From positions 1 to 64,000 of the forward strand of contig JANPLN010000042.1 in the NCBI GenBank assembly GCA_031426555.1: 64,000 nt of DNA. The letters are read 5' to 3'. Shown piece by piece: positions 39,474 through 47,527 of this stretch. This DNA is from Bdellovibrionales bacterium (lineage in GTDB: Bacteria > Bdellovibrionota > Bdellovibrionia > Bdellovibrionales > JAGQZY01). Below the pieces are notes generated by a model. It was not told the DNA's origin and did no database searches. It worked only from the letters and a program-made list of their open reading frames with translations. A program made the translations under genes and the position numbers. Numbering within the stretch: position 1 is the first letter of the stretch; each line of letters opens with the position of its first letter.

Positions 39474-40288
39474 TTAAGCTATCTCCAGATCTCGTAAAAA
39501 AGTTTATTCATCTCAAAAAAGGCGAGATATATCTTAACGAAGCTCAATTTGGTTTATCTCATGTTTTTGAAAATCTCCGCAGTCTTCCACCGGGCTCCAG
39601 GGTATTAGAAGTGGGTTCGGGTCCTGGAATTTTGCTAGCTGAACTATCAAAACTTTTTCCAGATTTGCACATAGAAGGTATCGAGCCAAACAGTCAAGGC
39701 TTTGAGTTTTTTTCGGACTTCCAGTCAAATTTGGAAAACCAAATTAAAATCCATTGTGGGGGATATGAAACCTTCGATAGTAATAAGTCCTGGGACTTTA
39801 TATTTTCGGTAAATGTTTTTGAGCATTTGCCTGATTGGAAAAATTTTATTGGTTTTCTCAAGCAAAACCTCTCTTCTCGAGGCACGGCTATGATTCTTTG
39901 TCCTAACTATAGTTTTCCATATGAGTCACATTTTGGTTTGCCAATTATTTTCACAAAACGACTGACGTATTTTTTTTTTCAAAACTACATCAGGGCTTTT
40001 GAAAAAAAAAATGAGTGCGCTGGACTTTGGCAAAGTCTTAACTTTGTTAAATACCGTGAAGTTGCACGCTGTCTCAAAAGCAATAAAATGGAGCTAATTA
40101 GTCATTTACGAATCGTTGAGGAGATGGTTCAAAGACTTTCCTATGATAAACAATTCGCGCAGCGACAGATGTTTTTGTCACTGCCTGCACGTTTTTTGAT
40201 GCGCACAAATTTGCTTACGAAAATTTTAAAGTTTCCAGGGATTCGATATTATGTTCCCTACATGCATTTAGAAATTAAACCAGGATAG
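39464..40288 (+). CDS. Class I SAM-dependent methyltransferase
   Basis: VLEVGSGPG, GIEP, NVFEHL, CPNY.FPYESH. Confidence 0.85.
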   Translation: MAVVKLSPDLVKKFIHLKKGEIYLNEAQFGLSHVFENLRSLPPGSRVLEVGSGPGILLAELSKLFPDLHIEGIEPNSQGFEFFSDFQSNLENQIKIHCGGYETFDSNKSWDFIFSVNVFEHLPDWKNFIGFLKQNLSSRGTAMILCPNYSFPYESHFGLPIIFTKRLTYFFFQNYIRAFEKKNECAGLWQSLNFVKYREVARCLKSNKMELISHLRIVEEMVQRLSYDKQFAQRQMFLSLPARFLMRTNLLTKILKFPGIRYYVPYMHLEIKPG

Positions 40289-40298
40289 TTTCAGAACT

Positions 40299-41432
40299 TT
40301 AACAATTTTTACGTATCCAATATGTTGTGCTTTCAAGGACAAAATCTTGGTTTTCATCTGTCAAATTGTAAAAAATTGGCAATCGGACTAAGCAATCTGA
40401 GAGGCGCTCACACTGTGGCAAAGATTCATTGCCCGCATATCGCAAACCGTAGGGAGACTTGTGCAGGGATACATAATGAAAGGTGCAGCATATTCCTGCG
40501 CCTTTCTGATCCAAAATAAACTGATCGCGTAGTTTTTTATTTGCAAAGATAAGTGCGAAAATGTGGTGGTTGGATGTGTTATAGCTTGGTGACTCAAGAA
40601 TCTGCACGCCGTGCTTTTCACAAATGGACTTTAAACTTTCATAATACTTATGCCAAACCTGTTTTCTGCGGTCTTGAATCACCGATAATTGTTCGAGCTG
40701 TGGTAAAAGATAAGCGGCATTCAAATCACTTAGGACATAACTGGAGCCCAAGTCCACCCATGTGTACTTGTCGGCCAATCCCATCATAAACTGTTTGCGA
40801 TTGGTGCCCTTCTGACGGAGGACATCAGACCGATCTACAAAATTTGGATTATTAATGATCAAACAGCCGCCCTCTCCAGATCCAACATTTTTTGTCTCAT
40901 GAAAGCTGTAACAACCCAGATCCCCGATAGTTCCTAAGGCCTGTCCTTTATATAAGCTGCCAATAGATTGTGCGGCATCTTCGAAAAGGAAAACATTGTT
41001 CTTCAAACAAATCGCCTTGAGTTCGTCCATGGGCGCAGAATTACCGCCGTAGTGGACAGTCACAACTGCTTTTGTCTTGGAGTTCAAAAGCCTCTCTACT
41101 TCCGATATTTTGAGATTTCCATACTCATCGACGTCAGCAAAACGAATACGAGCTTCGCGCAAGGCGAAAGCGTTGGCGGTGGACACAAAAGTGAAGGCGG
41201 GAATGATGACCTCATCATCTTTTCCGATATGGCCAAGCAGTGCCATCATTTCCAAGGCATGAGTCGCTGATGTCACAATAGAGTTTCTAGAGCCATTGAG
41301 CAGATCCAGACGTTTTTCGCATTCTAGAGTAAACGGTCCAACCCCTGAAAGGTGCTTCGAAAGTAAGGCCTTTTGTAAAATGGCCTTATGTTCTTCGAGG
41401 TAGATGGGTTCGTTAAAAGGAACTCTGTACAT
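40299..41432 (-). CDS. rffA: dTDP-4-amino-4,6-dideoxygalactose transaminase
   Basis: SATHALEM, FTFVSTANAF, EDAAQ, SFHETKN..GEGG, KGTNR..F...DKYTWVDLGSSY (WecE signature). Confidence 0.9.
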   Translation of the reverse strand: MYRVPFNEPIYLEEHKAILQKALLSKHLSGVGPFTLECEKRLDLLNGSRNSIVTSATHALEMMALLGHIGKDDEVIIPAFTFVSTANAFALREARIRFADVDEYGNLKISEVERLLNSKTKAVVTVHYGGNSAPMDELKAICLKNNVFLFEDAAQSIGSLYKGQALGTIGDLGCYSFHETKNVGSGEGGCLIINNPNFVDRSDVLRQKGTNRKQFMMGLADKYTWVDLGSSYVLSDLNAAYLLPQLEQLSVIQDRRKQVWHKYYESLKSICEKHGVQILESPSYNTSNHHIFALIFANKKLRDQFILDQKGAGICCTFHYVSLHKSPYGLRYAGNESLPQCERLSDCLVRLPIFYNLTDENQDFVLESTTYWIRKNC

Positions 41433-41522
41433 GCTGAGTAAGTTAGCCGTTCTTTGGGGATTTCACAGCCAGTAGCTCTGTGCGTTATTTTCAGGTGATG
41501 CGGTTTACGGTAAGGTGCACGG

Positions 41523-42491
41523 ATGGCTTATATTTCCGCAGTAGTTCCAGTTTACAAAGGTGAATCCTGTTTTGAAGAGCTTTTGCGTCGACTCGTTTCC
41601 GAAATGGAGATCATTTCGAAAGATTATGAAATTGTCTTCGTAGAAGATTGTGGCGGCGATGGTTCCTGGAAATTGATTTGTGATGCTGCAAAAAAGAACC
41701 CGCGGATCAAAGGTATCCAGTTGAGTCGGAACAGTGGAGAACATCATGCGCTTTCTGCAGGTTTAGATCTTTGCGATGGAGAGTGGGTGGTCCTTTTGGC
41801 GTGTGATTTACAAGATCCTCCCGAGGTTATCGGCGACCTCTACCGTAAGGCCAAAGAAGGCTTCGATATTGTTGTGGCCTCGAGGATGAATCGCAAGGAC
41901 AGCTTTGGAAAAATTTTGTTCTCGATGATTTACAATCGTTTAATTTCTTGGCTGGCCGATGGGAAGTTTGATACCAAAGTCGCTAATTTTCGAATTGTGA
42001 GCCGCAAAGTTGTTTTGAGTTTTCGAAAATACCGAGAAAGCATTCGCTCAATTCCTGGCATCATGAATGTGATGGGATTCCGAGCCACAGTCCTCCCCAT
42101 CGAGCATGCGGAGCGCTTTGCTGGGAAAAGCAGCTACAACTTTTACCGATCCTTACGACTCGCACTTCACAACATTATTGCATATTCTGACAAACCCCTA
42201 AAGCTGGCTGTATATTTAGGCTTTTTTATTGCGAGCAGTTCTTTTTTGTATGGAGCTTTTTTGATTTTGAGAATGTTTGTCGTCGGAGGCACGCTGCCGG
42301 GGTGGACAAGCCTCATTGTTTCGGTTTTTTTCGTGGGCGGAGTGAATCTTTCCATGATGGGTGTGCTAGGTGTGTATCTTGGAAAGGTGTTTAACCAAGT
42401 CAAAGGACGGCCCAATTATTTAATCAGCGAGGCGACTTTTGATGCTGCTTCGGCCATAAATGATAAAAGATTACATCCGAACCGGTCTTAA
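41523..42491 (+). CDS. GT2, GtrB/ArnC-like bactoprenol glycosyltransferase
   Basis: SAVVPVY, VEDCGGD, LSRNSG, CDLQDPPE, RFAGKSSY, SDKPL, GWTSL, GVYLGKV..RPNY. Confidence 0.88.
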   Translation: MAYISAVVPVYKGESCFEELLRRLVSEMEIISKDYEIVFVEDCGGDGSWKLICDAAKKNPRIKGIQLSRNSGEHHALSAGLDLCDGEWVVLLACDLQDPPEVIGDLYRKAKEGFDIVVASRMNRKDSFGKILFSMIYNRLISWLADGKFDTKVANFRIVSRKVVLSFRKYRESIRSIPGIMNVMGFRATVLPIEHAERFAGKSSYNFYRSLRLALHNIIAYSDKPLKLAVYLGFFIASSSFLYGAFLILRMFVVGGTLPGWTSLIVSVFFVGGVNLSMMGVLGVYLGKVFNQVKGRPNYLISEATFDAASAINDKRLHPNRS

Positions 42492-43170
42492 CAAATCCAA
42501 GCTGGTTGAAAAAACGTTTAGATTCTTGGTTATGGGAGTAGATTGAAGTTCGAAGCTCTAATGGGGGCGATGCTTGTGTGGCGCTGCTCATAAGGTGCTT
42601 TACCAGCTGAAGTGAAACGAACCCCATACGAAATTGTGGTGCCACGAGCAGTTCGTAGAGATTCCAAACTGAGTCCTTCATATAGCCAACGTGAAAGCCG
42701 ATGAGTCTGTTTTCTGCATCGACAGCTACACAGCCATTGTTCGTTGATTTTGCTAAATGTGTCTTCAACATTTCTAGCTTATGGAACTGAACGGATTCCT
42801 TTGATAAATGCGCATCTGCTGAGAATCGAGTTGTGGAAGAAAACTCAAGCAGTCCTTTTATTGCGGGCCAATCGTTTGGCTGGAGATTTCGCGTTTTAAA
42901 TTTAGATGGAACTTTTGCAAGACGCGAGACTGCCGACGCCGGTAAAGCGGTCCAGGTTTCAAGGCCGCCAACAAACTGACAAAAGCGCGGTTCATTTATC
43001 CTTAGGGCAGCACGAATGACAACAAGATCAATTTCCGAAGCCAGAGCCTGAGAATATATTTTTTCTCCGATTTCTACATCTACACACATCTCTGGGGTTA
43101 AGACGACTTCAGCCACACGAATGGAAAATAACTTTGAATTAAATTCGTTCGTGCTGAAGTGAATTTTCAA
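42424..43170 (-). CDS. GNAT acyltransferase, WecD/RffC-like
   Basis: TRF..D.HL, LLVAPQFRMG, HNQESKRFFNQLGF, C-terminal YHLW; TTG start overlaps asnB stop. Confidence 0.7.
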   Translation of the reverse strand: MKIHFSTNEFNSKLFSIRVAEVVLTPEMCVDVEIGEKIYSQALASEIDLVVIRAALRINEPRFCQFVGGLETWTALPASAVSRLAKVPSKFKTRNLQPNDWPAIKGLLEFSSTTRFSADAHLSKESVQFHKLEMLKTHLAKSTNNGCVAVDAENRLIGFHVGYMKDSVWNLYELLVAPQFRMGFVSLQLVKHLMSSATQASPPLELRTSIYSHNQESKRFFNQLGFVKTGSDVIFYHLWPKQHQKSPR

Positions 43171-45134
43171 AGTCGCACGACCTTTTTAATTAAATGGCTC
43201 ACATCTTTAACTTGCAGGGGCCGTTTAAACTCTTCCTGAAGAATCAACGAAGAAAGCACAACAAAAAATGCGGTGTTGTCCCTGCGGGAAAGAGGCTTGT
43301 TATTCTGTATGGTCGCCTGAATTCTTCTTAAAAAGTTGAGAACCCCTTGTTCATCAAAAACGCCTGAGTTTTTAAGACTTGAAGAATTGATGTAGTCTTG
43401 CACCGGCCATTGCTCTGTAAAGAATATCTCTGCATCGAGGGATAAAAATGGCTTCTTTCGTTTTTCGAACAAAAAATCAGGAATATCTTTTTTAAATGCA
43501 TCATACAGGATCTGTTTTTCCTTCAGGCCGTCCATGAATTCGGTCACGGAATGCGAAAATGCATAGTTAAGTACGTCACGGTCTAAAAATGGCAATCGGG
43601 TTTCGATAGAGTGTGCAGATGCCATTCGATCGCCTTGGGAAGAAAGAAGGTAGCCATGAAGAAGCGTTAAGCACTCAACGGCGCGTGTTTGATCAAGAGT
43701 ATTTAGCTGCGCAAGTTCCGGAAAGTCGCGCGAAAGTGAATCGTTGACCTCAGGAAAAGTGTCTTTGTTGAGTAAGGAAAGATGACCTGTAACTTGCGAC
43801 CATCGGGTGAGGTGTCCAGCAAATGGTTGACTCATCTGCGGTAAAAAACTCTTATAAAACGGGAGCATCAACTTGGCCGACGTTCCCTGAAATTGTGGTA
43901 GATAACTGTATATTTTTAAAATGTCGGAAAAATGTGGACCGTCGGGTTCCTTTGACCACTGCGAAAGGATCTGTGCCTCTTTGTAGATGTCGTACCCACC
44001 GAAGAGTTCATCAGAGCCTTCGCCCGTGAGAACAACCTTCACCCCTTCTCTCTGCGCGAGCTGAGACAGGAGGAACATAGGTACCGCGGCAGAACGAAAC
44101 GTTATGCTTTCGGCGGATAAAACAGACGGAACAAAGTTTTCGAGAATGTCGTTTTGGGAAATTCGCACCTTATGATGTTCAGACCCAATCATCTTTTGGA
44201 CGATTGCTTGGGATGAACTTTCATCGAACTGCAAATTCTCAAATTCTATCGAAAAAGATTTTAGAGGGAGTGTGGTATTGCGTGCGGCGAGCAAGCTCAC
44301 TACGGTACTATCAAGGCCGCCACTCAAATAAACACCAACTGGCACGTCCGCAACCATTCGGCGGGAGACAGCACGAGATAAAAGCTCGCGCACTTCAGCA
44401 CTCGACGGTTGAGAATGGGGTTTCTGCGGGGCAAAAGTCCAATGGCGCGTTTCCACCATTTGTGTGGAGCTGATTTTTAGAAAAGATCCGGGTTTTAGTT
44501 GAAGGATATTTTTAAATGATGTTTGCGGAGGAATAGGGGTCCACGTTTCAAGCGACTGTGTAACGGCCAAACTATTGATCTCTGGAGATTGAGAACCGGT
44601 GGCCCAGAGCAAAGGTTTAATTTCGGATGAGAATAAAATAGCATTGTTTTCGAGAATTCTATAATAAAGCGGCTTTATTCCTATTGGGTCTCGAAACAGA
44701 TAGCTCTCGTTCTTTAAGGAATCAAAAATTGCAAACGCATACTCACCATTAAGATGCTCGGTCAATTTTGTCCCGTACTTTTCGAACAAATTAACAATTG
44801 TTTCTGTGTCAGAAGTTGTCTGGAATTCCATCCCAGCGCTTTGTAGCTGACCCCGTAACATCGAATTATCGTAAATTTCACCGTTATAGACAATCCAATA
44901 TCTTTTTGAGTGGCTTGCAATGGGTTGTGTTCCTGTCAGCAGATCAATAATTTTTAACCGAGCATTTGCAAAAAAACTCTGGCCAGAGGTGAGAATTCCC
45001 ATCTCATCGGGACCTCGGTGTTCTATAAGACTTAACATTCCCTCTGCAAGTGCGAGGACGTCATTTTTAGGGCTCACGCCGAGGCTTTTAAGCTCTTTAT
45101 TCTGGGGATTAAAAAGTCCTACAATGCCACACAT
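43167..45134 (-). CDS. asnB: Asparagine synthase (glutamine-hydrolyzing)-like amidotransferase
   Basis: MCGI (Cys2 nucleophile), HRGPD, NGEIY, LSGGLDS, TGEGSDELFGGY, ETRLPFLD. Confidence 0.9.
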   Translation of the reverse strand: MCGIVGLFNPQNKELKSLGVSPKNDVLALAEGMLSLIEHRGPDEMGILTSGQSFFANARLKIIDLLTGTQPIASHSKRYWIVYNGEIYDNSMLRGQLQSAGMEFQTTSDTETIVNLFEKYGTKLTEHLNGEYAFAIFDSLKNESYLFRDPIGIKPLYYRILENNAILFSSEIKPLLWATGSQSPEINSLAVTQSLETWTPIPPQTSFKNILQLKPGSFLKISSTQMVETRHWTFAPQKPHSQPSSAEVRELLSRAVSRRMVADVPVGVYLSGGLDSTVVSLLAARNTTLPLKSFSIEFENLQFDESSSQAIVQKMIGSEHHKVRISQNDILENFVPSVLSAESITFRSAAVPMFLLSQLAQREGVKVVLTGEGSDELFGGYDIYKEAQILSQWSKEPDGPHFSDILKIYSYLPQFQGTSAKLMLPFYKSFLPQMSQPFAGHLTRWSQVTGHLSLLNKDTFPEVNDSLSRDFPELAQLNTLDQTRAVECLTLLHGYLLSSQGDRMASAHSIETRLPFLDRDVLNYAFSHSVTEFMDGLKEKQILYDAFKKDIPDFLFEKRKKPFLSLDAEIFFTEQWPVQDYINSSSLKNSGVFDEQGVLNFLRRIQATIQNNKPLSRRDNTAFFVVLSSLILQEEFKRPLQVKDVSHLIKKVVRL

Positions 45135-45997
45135 TTTGTAATGTCCTCATTGGTAGTCATGGAAAAACAAGGTTTTGTGCGCATGTAAAACAACATTTTT
45201 TTTAATTGGTCGCCTTGACCACATTCAAGAAAGTGGGTTGTGCCAAACTGAACAAGGGTTTGGATCGATTTGTGCCAAAGAACGGGAGAACACATATGAC
45301 CAAGAAGGTTGCTCTTGATAATTTCAGGATCCGTCTCGCCGGCACCACTGTAGTTGCATACATAAAAACAGGTTGGAGGGTGAAACTCGTAGCGATCAAG
45401 CAGCTGTTGATATTCCTCAATTGAGTCTTTTAAAAATGGACTGTGCCAAGATCCTTCAACATCAAGCAACTGTACCTGAAAGTTTAATTTCGTAAGTTGC
45501 TGGGAGAATGCGTTTAAATTTTCTTTAAGGCCGCAAAGGGTATGATTAAAAAGTGAATTGATCGTCGAAAAGAAAATCTTTTGATTTAGTTTTGCTTCCG
45601 CTAGTAGAGTTTTAATATCGTCGTGAGTGGGACCAATCACACTGAGCATTCCGTGGTCCAGCGGCATATACTTTTTCATGAGCAGAGAGCGTTTAACAGC
45701 GAGCTCCAAGGCTGAGCGCCAGTCAAGTATTCCGGCAGAGTAAAGTGCCGCCATTTGTCCCACCGAGTAGCCACTCACTGCGGCGTAGGAGCCTCCATGG
45801 GCCTTGTAAAGTTGTGCGCAGGCAATGCCCTCGGCGACAGAAAACGAAGAAACAATGGTGTGGGAAGAATTGCTATCCAAATTTTCAGCCGTTACCAAAT
45901 CCTTTACATATTGAAAACATTCACTTTTAGATTGGGAATAGTTTGAAAATTGTTCGACAGTAACTTTACCAAGGCCAGCGAAAAGAAGTGTTTTCAC
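45119..45997 (-). CDS. FabD-like ACP S-malonyltransferase (standalone AT)
   Basis: GYSVG (catalytic Ser), conserved Arg (VKRS), GSWHS (catalytic His), SPVLW, FLECG. Confidence 0.82.
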   Translation of the reverse strand: MKTLLFAGLGKVTVEQFSNYSQSKSECFQYVKDLVTAENLDSNSSHTIVSSFSVAEGIACAQLYKAHGGSYAAVSGYSVGQMAALYSAGILDWRSALELAVKRSLLMKKYMPLDHGMLSVIGPTHDDIKTLLAEAKLNQKIFFSTINSLFNHTLCGLKENLNAFSQQLTKLNFQVQLLDVEGSWHSPFLKDSIEEYQQLLDRYEFHPPTCFYVCNYSGAGETDPEIIKSNLLGHMCSPVLWHKSIQTLVQFGTTHFLECGQGDQLKKMLFYMRTKPCFSMTTNEDITKCVAL

Positions 45998-46986
45998 GTG
46001 AACCTGTTAAGTTTCTTTTCGATAGGGGCTGTATCAACGGCTTTGAATTTCATTTTATCCAAGCCCTCTTGTCTAGAGATCGTTCCTCTGCGGACCATCA
46101 CTGCGGTTTCTGCTACGTAAGGATGAAACCGCCATTTTTCGAGGTGTTTTTGGATGGCGTAGTCATTGAGGAGACAATTCGAAGAGGACTTTCCGGTGTC
46201 GGGAGGGCGCACCCAGCCGAGAGTTTGAATCTCCTTGATAATGGCATCTTCGTGCAAATTTAAGTATGTCATAGGATTTAAAATCCATACTTCTCGCATT
46301 TCGGGAGAATCTTTTTGCTGGAAATACGCAAGGGTATCATTCTGAAAATAATTTTTAAAATTTTCCAGTGTTTGGGTGCGTGATTTCATCGAAGCCGCTA
46401 AGTTTTGCTTCATAAAACCAGTCTCTGAGGGAATTTGACCACCAAGGTAGCCGCCTGAAATCACTGGAATTTTTTGTTCGATGGCGAAGTTAACAACTTG
46501 GTTGTTAATGAGTTGAATACAGCTGTTACAGACAGAGCTAGCTCTTTTGCTCGCTGCTGCAGAATAGATATCTTGCTTGAGGGAAGTTCTATAAACTTCC
46601 ATCATGACTTTGGCGTTAGGTTTAAAGAAAATGTGATCGACGCCAAGTTCAGACGTCACGGTTTCGCAATTTTGTTTTGCAGTTTCAGAGATGAAATCAT
46701 TGTTAATCGTGTAAGCAAGAATTTTGGTGTCGAAATTTTCAGTTAGATATTTTAATGTGTAACAAGAGTCTTTGCCGCCGCTAAATGCTAAAATGATTCC
46801 GTAATGATTTTTTTCAACATTATTAAGTTTTACTTTAACTTGAGTTTCAACGTCGATCCGTACGCGCTCGAAATCAACATTCTTTTTTTCAAAATCGGTA
46901 CAGTAATTACAAATGCCTTCAGGGCTGAAAGAAATTCCTGGGAAAGTTGCAGGCAGTACGCATCGGGTGCAGATTTCTACAGTCAT
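45994..46986 (-). CDS. PP-loop (N-type) ATP pyrophosphatase with Zn finger, N-acetyl-sugar amidotransferase (WbuX)/QueC-like
   Basis: CTRCVLP...GICNYC, AFSGGKDS, CNSC, SSNC, HPY, VRRGTISR. Confidence 0.8.
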   Translation of the reverse strand: MTVEICTRCVLPATFPGISFSPEGICNYCTDFEKKNVDFERVRIDVETQVKVKLNNVEKNHYGIILAFSGGKDSCYTLKYLTENFDTKILAYTINNDFISETAKQNCETVTSELGVDHIFFKPNAKVMMEVYRTSLKQDIYSAAASKRASSVCNSCIQLINNQVVNFAIEQKIPVISGGYLGGQIPSETGFMKQNLAASMKSRTQTLENFKNYFQNDTLAYFQQKDSPEMREVWILNPMTYLNLHEDAIIKEIQTLGWVRPPDTGKSSSNCLLNDYAIQKHLEKWRFHPYVAETAVMVRRGTISRQEGLDKMKFKAVDTAPIEKKLNRFT

Positions 46987-47237
46987 TGTAGTTTCTTTTT
47001 TTCAATTAACTGTGTAAGCCCCGAAATTGTTTGCATGTGAATAGAGACAAGATCCTGTTCGTCAAAAGTGATGGAGAATTCGGATTCGACCTCAGTGACT
47101 AGCTCCATAAAGCCGTACGAATCCATACCAATAACAAATAAATTTTTGTCTGCCATTTGGCTGGAAATGGGGGTTGCCATAATGACAGTAAGTTTCTGAA
47201 TTAGATATTCCTGTACAGGATTTTTTGCGGGAGTCAT
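46983..47237 (-). CDS. Acyl carrier protein (84 aa)
   Basis: Acidic; LFVIGMDSYGFMELVTEVESEFSI (GxDS phosphopantetheine site); ATGA coupling to next gene. Confidence 0.85.
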   Translation of the reverse strand: MTPAKNPVQEYLIQKLTVIMATPISSQMADKNLFVIGMDSYGFMELVTEVESEFSITFDEQDLVSIHMQTISGLTQLIEKKKLQ

Positions 47238-47527
47238 AAGCCTTATTTGCGGTTTGAGTAGAGTCATAGTCAAGACCAAAAGGGCTGTTTTAAGCAGGCG
47301 GGAACGCGTTGTGTTGCCGCGCAGCAAGAGATGAGGCCAGTCAAGTTTGAGAAAGACTCTGGTCGGTCTTAATTCTTCCTCGAATGAGGCTAAGCTTAAA
47401 GGTGATATTTTTGCCTTCGTAAGTGCGCCCGTAATTGATTGCCTAATATTAGGCACGAGGAAGGGAATTGCTGGTGTCGTTAGAACATTCTTATCTCACT
47501 TAGAAATTAGATTTCTAAAAAACCTAC

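Noticed and set aside
39970..40011. T10 and A10 homopolymers in a methyltransferase (also A10 at 15659) as phase-variation switches
   Set aside because: Reading frames are intact and A/T runs from Lys/Phe codons are common throughout the window; read-level length variation would be needed.
40299..43170. Enterobacterial common antigen locus (wecE + wecD-like)
   Set aside because: wecB, wecC, wecF, wecG, wzxE and wzyE are not present in the window.
42424..47237. Polyketide, fatty-acid or lasso-peptide cluster suggested by ACP, AT and AsnB
   Set aside because: No ketosynthase, NRPS, lasso protease or precursor peptide in the window; the AsnB has an intact glutaminase domain; all neighbours are glycan genes.
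47323..47340. Sigma54-like TGGC...TTGC upstream of the ACP operon
   Set aside because: GG-to-GC spacing is one base too long for a -24/-12 promoter.
47238..47456. N-terminal extension of the ACP ORF to 157 aa
   Set aside because: The extension has no domain character; the 84-aa product from ATG 47237 fits an ACP.
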